From contig NC_068984.1 of the NCBI RefSeq assembly GCF_001194135.2, positions 67,602,577-67,659,236 of the forward strand: DNA of 56,660 nucleotides. Reading direction: 5' to 3'. How positions within the stretch are numbered: position 1 is the first letter of the stretch; each line of letters starts with the position of its first letter. A program made the translations under genes and the position numbers. Source of the stretch: Octopus bimaculoides. Its lineage: Eukaryota. Below the pieces are notes generated by a model. It was not told the origin of the DNA. It ran no database searches and worked only from the letters and a program-made list of their open reading frames with translations. Positions 13,991-23,615 of the stretch are shown one piece after another.

Positions 13991-14057
13991 TTTTACGGGC
14001 CGGCTTTGAAAACATTTAAGTACTAATAAATTTTACAATTATAAGTAGTACTTTCAT

Positions 14058-14248
14058 TCTCTCTCTCTCTCTCTCTCTCTNNNNNNNNNNNNNNNNNNNN
14101 NNNNNNNNNNNNNNNNNNNNNNNNNNNNNNNNNNNNNNNNNNNNNNNNNNNNNNNNNNNNNNNNNNNNNNNNNNNNNNNNNNNNNNNNNNNNNNNNNNNN
14201 NNNNNNNNNNNNNNNNNNNNNNNNNNNNNNNNTCTCTCTCTCTCTCTT
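14058..14248. repeat. (CT)n spanning an assembly gap
   Basis: Seen directly. Confidence 0.95.
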
Positions 14249-14530
14249 TCACTCTCGTAGCGCAATATGCACTGACAGCAGTGTACAAATCCGGACACAC
14301 TGAGTTTATAGATATTACAGAGGGTGGCCATAAAGTTCTACAGTGATGTCCATCTCCACAGACTTGAGATGCTGCGATACGATTTCAATTTTCATGGTAC
14401 AGATATCACCAAATATCACTCTTTATTGTAGAATAGCCAGTTTAGTTCCCTCCTAGTGAAGTAATACACGAACTGCACTGGTTTACATGATTAGCGAATT
14501 TCTTTCTGTCAAATCTTTGATACAAATACA

Positions 14531-14533
<3 letters not shown>

Positions 14534-14581
<48 letters not shown>

Positions 14582-14632
14582 ACACACACACACATACATA
14601 CACACCTGTGCGCGTGCACACATACACATACA
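14534..14632. repeat. (CT)n-(CA)n compound microsatellite
   Basis: Seen directly. Confidence 0.95.
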
Positions 14633-14704
14633 TATTTATTCAAGTACATTAGTTCTTGAATATCGATGTTGGATATACGTCGCCGCAGACGAATAAATTC
14701 TTAC

Positions 14705-14815
14705 CAATACTCAAAGGGTAACGATCATAAAAAAACACTTCAATATATTTGATCGAATGCAGGATCATGAGAAAAATGCGATAAATGGCAAATAAAAACA
14801 TTTCATTGATACCAG
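14705..14815 (-). CDS. Candidate internal exon (phase 1 to phase 1, 111 nt): xGINEMFLFAIYRIFLMILHSIKYIEVFFYDRYPLSI; product unknown
   Basis: Long pyrimidine tract then AAG acceptor (CATTTCCTTTTCTTTTCAAAG), GTAAGA donor, only one open frame. T-rich DNA gives hydrophobic translations by default, so support is weak. Confidence 0.25.
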
Positions 14816-15157
14816 CTTTGAAAAGAAAAGGAAATGTAGTCTACAGCTGTTATAAACTGCATTCAATGAGTGAAAGAGAAGTTATAGCAAATAACTTTAG
14901 AAGAAGTCTAGTTACGAATGACAATCAAATATTCATAAGAACAGCAAACCAAAAGATCTCAAAAAGTTTCTAAAAAGAGCCAGTAACAAAACGACACTTT
15001 TTTCTTAGTATTAATCGAGATGAGTCAATCGACCAGATTAGGAAATCAATTGTTAAAGGTTACTCGACAAAGAAAAGTCAAAGATTTGTCCAATAGACTT
15101 AGTTTACAAAATCTAATCCAACTGGCAGTTTCATTTCTTCAAGGCTTCCATTATAAT

Positions 15158-15161
15158 ATGT

Positions 15162-15199
<38 letters not shown>

Positions 15200-15246
15200 C
15201 TATATAAACATACATATCTATGTATGAATACATACACACATACATG

Positions 15247-15298
<52 letters not shown>

Positions 15299-15598
15299 NN
15301 NNNNNNNNNNNNNNNNNNNNNNNNNNNNNNNNNNNNNNNNNNNNNNNNNNNNNNNNNNNNNNNNNNNNNNNNNNNNNNNNNNNNNNNNNNNNNNNNNNNN
15401 NNNNNNNNNNNNNNNNNNNNNNNNNNNNNNNNNNNNNNNNNNNNNNNNNNNNNNNNNNNNNNNNNNNNNNNNNNNNNNNNNNNNNNNNNNNNNNNNNNNN
15501 NNNNNNNNNNNNNNNNNNNNNNNNNNNNNNNNNNNNNNNNNNNNNNNNNNNNATATATATATATATATATATATGCGCGCGCGCGCGTGTGTGTGTGC
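15158..15598. repeat. (TG)n/(TA)n/(CG)n around an assembly gap
   Basis: Seen directly. Confidence 0.95.
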
Positions 15599-15619
15599 GA
15601 TATCTTATCTTTTTCTTAT

Positions 15620-15780
15620 CTCAACCATTGGACAATAACTAGGCTGGGAGACCACTTTGAAGATTTTTTACTCGAACACATCGACCTCGCTTCATTTTTA
15701 ATGGTTGGTAACTACTGAATCGGGTAATTTTGCCGAACCGCTAATTTTAGAAGGCGTAAGCAAACCAATATTCTTACGCA
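15620..15780 (-). mobile_element. 3' fragment of a second SINE family
   Basis: Reverse complement TTAGCGGTTCGGCAAAA...GAGGTCGATGTGTTCGAGTAAAA...CTCCCAGC resembles 22340-22475 and 19125-19350. Confidence 0.55.
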
Positions 15781-15785
15781 GGTAG

Positions 15786-16290
15786 GAATGTATGTATGTA
15801 TGTACGTATGTATGTATGTATGAATGTATGTACGTATATATATGTATATACGAACGCATGTATGAATGTTAGTATATACATGCACACACACACACACACA
15901 TTTACACATGTATACTTCATAAATGAGAATCAAATATTCTTTGTAAAGAATACACCTTGTAGTGCTCGAGAGGTTTAAACTTGAGCGGGTAGAGACGTAA
16001 ATGCAAGAATAAGCAGGTTGTGCAGGCCAGACTATATTAAATACACGAAATACAAAAAATATATGTATATTTACATACAACATATATATATATACATATA
16101 TGCATATATCTACATAAATGTTTATTTATATATGTGTGTATACTCATGTATGTTACAATATATGTATTTCATTTATGTATATACATATATATATATGTGT
16201 GTATGTATGTATGTATGTATGTATGTATGTATTTATATACATGTATATATACGTAGGTCTGTGTATGTGTGTAATGTGTGTACATGTGTC
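15786..16290. repeat. (TATG)n/(TA)n/(CA)n low-complexity region
   Basis: Seen directly; interrupted by unique sequence at about 15910-16050. Confidence 0.85.
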
Positions 16291-17217
16291 CATCACGAAA
16301 CATTAAATATGGGAAATCGGCGTCATTAGTCATATGAATACCATTCATTCAGTTATAGCTACCGTGTTAGATACTTTGAGAATAACAAAATTTCAGTCTA
16401 GTGCATGGAATAACTCAGAACATATAGTTTTGCTGGATCACTAGGGAGTAGGAGATACAAACGAGAATATTTTGAAAAGATGCAGATAAAATCTCCGCGT
16501 ATGCCATATCGTGGTTATTATTTTTCCTTAAAAATTCTAATTTTCCAAAGCATGCGAATTTATCTTTACACTAATTCAAATATGCTACATAGAACAAAAT
16601 CTTAAACACAGCGCACCAAATGTAATATTAAATGCTACATTGAAACCAACATTCGTAGGCATTTTCACAAAACACACATAAACCTATATTCAAAGTTTAA
16701 AAAATAGCATGACAACCACATGTATATTAACATACGGATTTACATTACATTCAGTTTCTTCCATAATCCCAATCTTCTTTATCCGTTAATCTAACATTCA
16801 CTATGATTTACACATGCATTTTACTTCCTTGCAATATTTTTTAAAATTTAACATTTCTTTTGATTTTTGTTTTTCTGTTCAAGGTGTTACATCCGAAATG
16901 TAAAACATTACCAAATCTACCTCTATTGATCGTTAAACTAATGACAAAATCTGTTAACGAGTATCGTTTTTTTATTTTCTTATTGTCCTTTTATTATAAA
17001 ATTCCACCTACACACACATACCACACGCTCTGAAAATATGCATGATTATGTTTGTTTGTGTGCAAACGAATATATACGTGCGTTTGTGTGAGTGCGCAGG
17101 TCAGAGTATCTCTGGGCAGGATAACAATTGGTATGCATGTGTTTCAGTTAAACACTCATAGAAATACGCAAATTGCAAATTTTACAGGATTTCAAACAAA
17201 TTATATTTCAAATCCAT

Positions 17218-17302
17218 ATGTATACATATAATACATACATACATACAGGCTTATACACACACACACAGACACACACACACATATCGATAGATAGATAGAT
17301 AT

Positions 17303-17350
<48 letters not shown>

Positions 17351-17468
17351 ATAAATAGATAGATAGATAGATAGATAAATAGTTAGATAGATCGATAGAT
17401 AGATATATAGATAGATAAATAGTTAGATAGATCGATAGATAGATATATAGATAGATATAAATATATAC

Positions 17469-17500
<32 letters not shown>

Positions 17501-17612
17501 TAAGAGAAAGAGAGAGGGAGAGGGAGAGGGAGACAGGCAGATAGACAGGCTGGCAGGCAGGCCAACAGGCAGATAGATAAATAAATAGCTATATAGATAG
17601 ACAGATAAACAA
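17218..17612. repeat. Compound (CA)n-(GATA)n-(GA)n-(CAGG)n array with a perfect 40-bp tandem duplication (17371-17410 = 17411-17450)
   Basis: Seen directly. Confidence 0.95.
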
Positions 17613-17809
17613 AGACAGATGTACGTTTACCTGTAATCGTGTGAAAGAATAAATGATTACTTAAAATTAGATTAGTGGTGTTTATTGCTTGTATCAAAAG
17701 AGTACTAACGTTATCCCTCTATATAAATGTTTCCATAAGTTTATATTAATGTTAAAACCAAGGTGTACATATATATTATGAGGCATCTGTATGAGTTAGG
17801 CGTTCTAGG

Positions 17810-17873
17810 TACCAACATGTGTGTGCATGTGTAGTCATGCATACATACGCGCACACACACACGCATATATAAG

Positions 17874-17927
<54 letters not shown>

Positions 17928-18000
17928 TATATATATATGTGTGTATGGATGCATAGTTAGGTATTATGCGTAGCAATATGTGTGTGTGCACGTGTATCAA
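17810..18000. repeat. (TG)n/(CA)n/(TA)n cluster
   Basis: Seen directly. Confidence 0.9.
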
Positions 18001-18099
18001 TATCTATCTAATATAGCTGCATACCGTTTGACCGGACGGAATTTTAATGTTGTTTTCACTGTCCAATTTTTCCTGTCTTGGTTTGTGCTTCCCACCTTA

Positions 18100-18330
18100 G
18101 AATCCTCTGTTTCGTGGGTCGATCCACTACTCAGGAAGAGACTATTCTAGAGTACGGTCTGCCAAATCTTCGAAACGTCTAGTTAGAATTGAGGCAGCTG
18201 ACGAAGGAATTATTCCAAGTGGCTATCTGTTTTCCTATGTATTCGTTCCGCTGTCTGTAGTTCATTGTTCTAACGTCCTGTACCCTGATATGCATCTATA
18301 TATACATGTAGATGTAAGTATGTACATATA
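18100..18330 (+). mobile_element. Short Penelope-like repeat with two hammerhead-like motifs and a pyrimidine-rich tail
   Basis: ACTA-CTCAGGA-A-GAG...TC-GAAA-CG-TC-TAGT at 18126-18183 and GGCAG-CTGACGA-A-GGAA-TTA-TTCC...CTGTT at 18193-18231. Confidence 0.55.
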
Positions 18331-18339
18331 TGTGTGTAT

Positions 18340-18422
18340 ACATGCATATATATTCTTTGTATTATTACATAGGTACGTACATATATACATAAATATTCAC
18401 ACGTACATACATATATATATAT

Positions 18423-18513
<91 letters not shown>

Positions 18514-18630
18514 ATATATGTGTGTGTGTGTATATAAATGCATGTGTATAGAGGCATATCAGTCAATAGGCGCATCTCTATATAATACGCTTATGTGCTT
18601 ATATGTATATACATATACACACACACGCAT
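18340..18630. repeat. Long (TA)n with (TG)/(CA) flanks
   Basis: Seen directly. Confidence 0.95.
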
Positions 18631-18718
18631 ATATATACATCCATTCATAAATTTACACAAGTAAAAACGTACACGTGCATAATGACACAAAAAGTATATA
18701 TGCATATACATATGACTG

Positions 18719-18760
<42 letters not shown>

Positions 18761-18850
18761 TATACGCACATATGTATATGCATATATACTTCTTGTTTGA
18801 TTTCGCGCGTGTACGTTTTTACATATGTAAATTTATGAATGGATATATAT
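18631..18850. repeat. Inverted repeat with about 83-bp arms (18631-18714 and 18769-18850)
   Basis: The right arm's reverse complement ATATATATCCATTCATAAATTTACATATGTAAAAACGTACACGCGCG... matches the left arm ATATATACATCCATTCATAAATTTACACAAGTAAAAACGTACACGTGC... Confidence 0.9.
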
Positions 18851-19124
18851 TCGAAAACATGTACGAATACATGTTATTGAAATAAATGTAGTGGATGTAA
18901 CTTAATATGATATTATACATTATACAAGTCAATTATTATGAATCTCTAGAGGTATTTATCTATTTTCTGCTCGCTGATTAATCAAGCCATATCTAACTCA
19001 CTTACAAACGCAGAAATCAGATATTTTAAATACGTCTCCTAATTATATTTAAATATTCACATAATATGAATTAGTGATATTGATACTCGTAGCTATGTTA
19101 TCTTTTATGTTTTGCCTTTCATCT

Positions 19125-19350
19125 GTCACTTGTTTCACTCATTGGACTGGACTGCAGCTAGACCGAGGCAATTCCATGAAGGAATTTTGTTTTCATTGAT
19201 TGAATATATCGACACCAATGCTTACTTTTGTTAAGTCTGGTATCCATTCCATCGATTTCTTTTAAGGAACTGATAAATTACAGGTAAATAAACGAACCAA
19301 CACCGGCCGGTCAAGCTGTAGGAGTTGGGGAAACAAATACACGAAGTGGT
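19125..19350 (-). mobile_element. Degenerate copy of the second SINE family
   Basis: TCACTTGTTTCACTCATTGGACTG...CCAACACCGG...TCAAGC pattern resembles 15620-15780. Confidence 0.5.
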
Positions 19351-19354
19351 ACAC

Positions 19355-19389
<35 letters not shown>

Positions 19390-19432
19390 TTCACACACAC
19401 ACACACATACACACGCGCACATATATATATAC
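19350..19432. repeat. (CA)n/(TA)n
   Basis: Seen directly. Confidence 0.95.
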
Positions 19433-19930
19433 ATGCCTGGTTTCCACTCTACAAAATTATCTGAAATGACTTTGGTCTGTAGGAGTTATAGTAAAAGGAA
19501 CTTGTGCTAACTGCCACCCAATAGGACTGTACCTAAAACCACGTGATTGCAAAGCGAGCTTCATAACCACACATGCATGCCTGCATCTAATAACTGTGGA
19601 AAAATTATGCATTTGTAAATGCAAATAATTTTAAATTATTTCAATGATGTATAGCAAAAATTAACATATAGATGAAGCAGTAAAATACAATGATGTATTT
19701 GTTTGTTACAAGAATGTGTAGACATTGCTGGGAATTAGCATTCAAAAAAACCCTGTTTTAATTTACAGAAATGGCGTCAAATAATGTAAATTCATCTTGC
19801 ATGATGTTTGAAATATCCTTGATTAAATATTGCAGCATTAACTTCTTATTTAGAAAATATGTGACAGACAGACTAGAGTGTGGTTACTAAACATACAACA
19901 AAAGTGATTTAGAAATATGTGCGTAAGTAC

Positions 19931-19933
<3 letters not shown>

Positions 19934-19983
<50 letters not shown>

Positions 19984-20253
19984 TGTGTGTGTGTTAGTGT
20001 GTGTGTGGTGGTTTTGTGTGTGCGTGTGAAGACATGCATATCTGTGTACATATGAATGGAAACCCATCAAATATATTGATTTATGTAAGTATCACAGATA
20101 TTTGCAANNNNNNNNNNNNNNNNNNNNNNNNNNNNNNNNNNNNNNNNNNNNNNNNNNNNNNNNNNNNNNNNNNNNNNNNNNNNNNNNNNNNNNNNNNNNN
20201 NNNNNNNNNNNNNNNNNNNNNNNNNNNNNNNNNNNNNNNNNNNNNNNNNNNNN

Positions 20254-20300
<47 letters not shown>

Positions 20301-20365
20301 ATGTGCAGCGTATATGTATATAGACACTAACACATACGTGGACGCACACACACATACACACATGG
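19934..20365. repeat. (TG)n, unique spacer, assembly gap, then (TA)n/(TG)n
   Basis: Seen directly. Confidence 0.9.
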
Positions 20366-21570
20366 TAAGCCTAACAAATGCAAATATGCGAATTGAAAAC
20401 AAATGTGCATTATAAATTAATAGAAATGTTATTTAAACGCCATATGTTGAGATTTGTTTTATTTCTCTATGTCTATAGGGTTTCATAAATTATTTGCGTC
20501 ACCGTATGAGATTTCTGATGTATTAAAGTTTCGTTTCCATTAATATTCCATATCTATATTTCTACACAAATATATATATATCTTTCGGCGTTGACTGAAT
20601 TCAAACTATTCGTTTGTGATGTCGATTTTCGACAGTTGTATCCATCTGTCTCTACAAGCCGTGTAAAGTTTTACCATTATCAGGATCGATTCTAACAAAA
20701 CCTTTTGTATATATACGAAGTAAGGTAACACTGAATATACTAATTTGATAGTGCTGCTAATATAAACAATACCTTGCATGAATAAATCGAAAGTTGTATA
20801 ATTAGCAACTACTTACTTAGTAAAAAGGCTCAAGACTATTAGAGTCTCGTCAAGTATCACAAATCTCAATGATTATAAGTCAACTCTTACTCATAGAATT
20901 ATATATAGCACTTATAGTATATAATTTGTACCTTATGAACCATTTTAAGCAGCAACAGACCCTACGGCTGACACACATGCTTCCTCTTACTGAGTATTAT
21001 AAATTTAGTGAACCTGATTATCAGCATCGATATTTAGTATCTCTATCCTGCGTTTCTGAATGTAATATAGACCGCAACCGAAATTGAAATCAGAAGAGAA
21101 ATAATGAGGTATAACTAAACGCAGCAAGTTATTTACTTCATTTTTCTACTATCGCCAAAACACACCACTACTCGATCAGTATTATATCTATTAAAAATGG
21201 AATTTTCACGGAATAGTATTTATGGCAGCTTTTGTATTCTGGTAAAAACTAGTAATGTAAGGACAACCTACGTGTTATTTATTGTCTGGTTAGTTTGTAA
21301 TGAATATGAAAATAAATACGTTAAGTCTAGATCGAAATATATATTACTAAAATAACATGCGATATGTTAACTGGTTGATTTGATGATTCTGAACCTGAAA
21401 AAGTTCACATGATGAGCCACCAGGAGATTTCTGTGCGATGTATTTGAGCGGCTAGAATTAACAGATAATTCTCTGTAAATTCATAATCTACTTCCTCAAA
21501 AAAAACAAAAAACAAAAAACAATAATAATTGTTTAATGTATTTCTGTTTACATTATATTATATCAGTATC

Positions 21571-21785
21571 TAAGCTGGCAGAATCGTTAGCGTACCGGGC
21601 CAAATACTTAGTGGTATTTCGCCCGTCGTTGTGTTCTGAGCTCAAATTCTGCCGAGGTCTACTTTACATATCATCCTTTTGGGGTTCATTAAATACATAC
21701 CAGTTACGCACTGGGATCGATGTGATCGACTTAATCCCCTCCCCCAAACTGGGTTTGCGGCAGAAATTTGACATAATTATGTTAT
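21571..21785 (+). mobile_element. Major tRNA-derived SINE copy
   Basis: AGCTGGCAGAATCGTTAGC...GAGCTCAAATTCTGCCGAGGTC...CCAGTTACGCACTGGGATCGATGTGATCGACTTAATCCC. Confidence 0.9.
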
Positions 21786-21797
21786 ATATGTGTCTAA

Positions 21798-22029
21798 GGC
21801 GACGAGCTGGCAGAATCGTTAGCACGCCGGGTGAAAGGCTTAACGGCACTTCGTCTGCCGTTACGTTTTGAGTTCAAATTCTGCCGAGGTCGACTTTGCC
21901 TTTCATCCTTTCGTGGTCGATATATTAAGTACCAGTTACGCACTGGGGTCGATGTAATCGACTTAATCCCTTTGTCTGTCCTTGCTTGTCCCCTCTATGT
22001 TTAGCCCCTTGTGGGCAATAAAGAAATAA
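21798..22029 (+). mobile_element. Near full-length, little-diverged major SINE copy (AATAAAGAAATAA tail)
   Basis: A-box-like TGGCAGAATCG, B-box-like GAGTTCAAATTC, conserved body; best template for the family in this window. Confidence 0.92.
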
Positions 22030-22240
22030 GAATCGTTAGCTCGCTGGACGAAATTCTTAGCGGTACTAAGTCCGTAGCTATTTTCTGAGTTCAAATTCCG
22101 CTGAGGTTGACATTGCCTTTCATCATTTCGGGGTCAATAGATTAAGTACCAGTGAAAAACTGGGAAAGCGATGTACCCGACTAGCCGCCTCCTGCCACTA
22201 AATTTCGGGCTTTGCACCTTTAATAGAAATGGTTATATTA
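22030..22240 (+). mobile_element. Older SINE copy lacking its head, probably interrupted by the 21824-22029 insertion
   Basis: Begins GAATCGTTAGC, an 11-bp direct repeat of 21813-21823. Confidence 0.85.
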
Positions 22241-22269
22241 TATGTATGTCTCTGTGTATATTATGTGTA

Positions 22270-22478
22270 CGTGTGTCTGGGCGTCTGTATGCGTGGTTTG
22301 TTGTGCTAGTCCTCACAGCACTTTGTAACTAGTATTGGTTTGTTAATGTCCTCGTTTATTAAGAGGCTGTTTAGAAAACAAAGTATCAAATAAAAGCTAA
22401 GACATGGAGTCGATGTCTTCATCTAACTACAGGAGGCTCTGTTCCAGCATGGTCCAATTACTAAAAAAGTAAAGGATG
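22270..22478 (+). mobile_element. Degenerate second-family SINE fragment
   Basis: TTGGTTTGTT...GGAGTCGATGTCTTCATCTAA...GTTCCAGCATGGTCCA...AAAAGTAAAGGATGAAAAG resembles the reverse complement of 15620-15780. Confidence 0.45.
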
Positions 22479-22480
22479 AA

Positions 22481-22482
<2 letters not shown>

Positions 22483-22526
<44 letters not shown>

Positions 22527-22540
22527 ATATATATATAATA
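22483..22540. repeat. (CA)n/(TA)n
   Basis: Seen directly. Confidence 0.97.
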
Positions 22541-23013
22541 AACATTGAAGTTTGGAACTTGTGATATTTTTACTTCATAACTTTCAATTGTGTCGACAAT
22601 TTCATGTCAACTACTCTTTTATCATGTTTTTAAATATGTCCGTAACTGATGATATCCATAGCTTCCATGGAAAGTTTTACATCTGAACTTTTGCTTAAAA
22701 TTATGCGGGAAACATTTGGTTATCTTGCTTAACTACAATACATCCATCAACGTTTATACTGGGCAGTTCTAAAACAAATGATTTTTTTCCGAAAGATGAC
22801 AGGGAGAAAGAGAAAAGAAAATAACAAGATATTCAGCTTCGTTCAATCTTCATTGCAGAATTCTCAGTGGCCCAAGACAATTCTGTCATTCCAGAATATT
22901 TCTCTGTCAACGTTGTAATATTTTCTGTATAATTTAATAGGCTCCATGACTACATAGTCAAACAATTGCTTTCCACGGTAAACACCTGCATTACTTTATC
23001 TCAAAGAACCTAT

Positions 23014-23014
<1 letters not shown>

Positions 23015-23070
<56 letters not shown>

Positions 23071-23181
23071 ATCTATCTATCTGTCTATCTATCTGTCTGT
23101 CTGTCTATATATCTATCTATTTGTATTATATATAGGTATGCATGCATATGTATTGTCTGTGTGTTTATGTATATATGTATC

Positions 23182-23251
<70 letters not shown>

Positions 23252-23374
23252 NNNNNNNNNNNNNNNNNNNNNNNNNNNNNNNNNNNNNNNNNNNNNNNNN
23301 NNNNNNNNNNNNNNNNNNNNNNNNNNNNNNNNNNNNNNNNNNNNNNNNNNNTATATATATATATATATATATAT
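23015..23374. repeat. (CT)n-(ATCT)n-(CA)n, assembly gap, then (TA)n
   Basis: Seen directly. Confidence 0.95.
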
Positions 23375-23615
23375 GGTAGGACAGAGAGAACACAACAAAC
23401 GGAAACCATCAAAACACAAAATGCGGAAAAATAGACGATAGCATAACAAACGGCAAACAGGATAAAAATAAGACACACGGATCATTCGCAGACGATTTCC
23501 TCTCGGAGTTTGAAAAGTCCTTGTAGTTTCGCCCCCTCCACTCATCTCCGAGACTATTCGAATCCGGCAGATGCCAGGGGCTTAAGATAAAAGCATTAAA
23601 CCTCTGGGAACGGCA
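23375..23615 (-). mobile_element. Short Penelope-like repeat with a relic hammerhead and pyrimidine-rich tail
   Basis: Reverse complement GTCT-CGGAGATGA-GTGGAGGGGGC-GAAA-CTAC-AA-GGAC, then a second GC-rich segment and a T/G/C-rich tail; same layout as 18100-18330. Confidence 0.4.

Noticed and set aside
14316-14345. TACAGAGGGTGGCCATAAAGT, resembling a Tc1-type TIR
   Set aside because: No matching opposite end found nearby.
16906-21394. Additional minus-strand mini-exon candidates (about 16912-16950, 17631-17718, 19016-19048, 20675-20730, 21271-21393)
   Set aside because: Each has one weak splice site or several open frames, and they chain in many incompatible ways, as expected from chance in AT-rich DNA.
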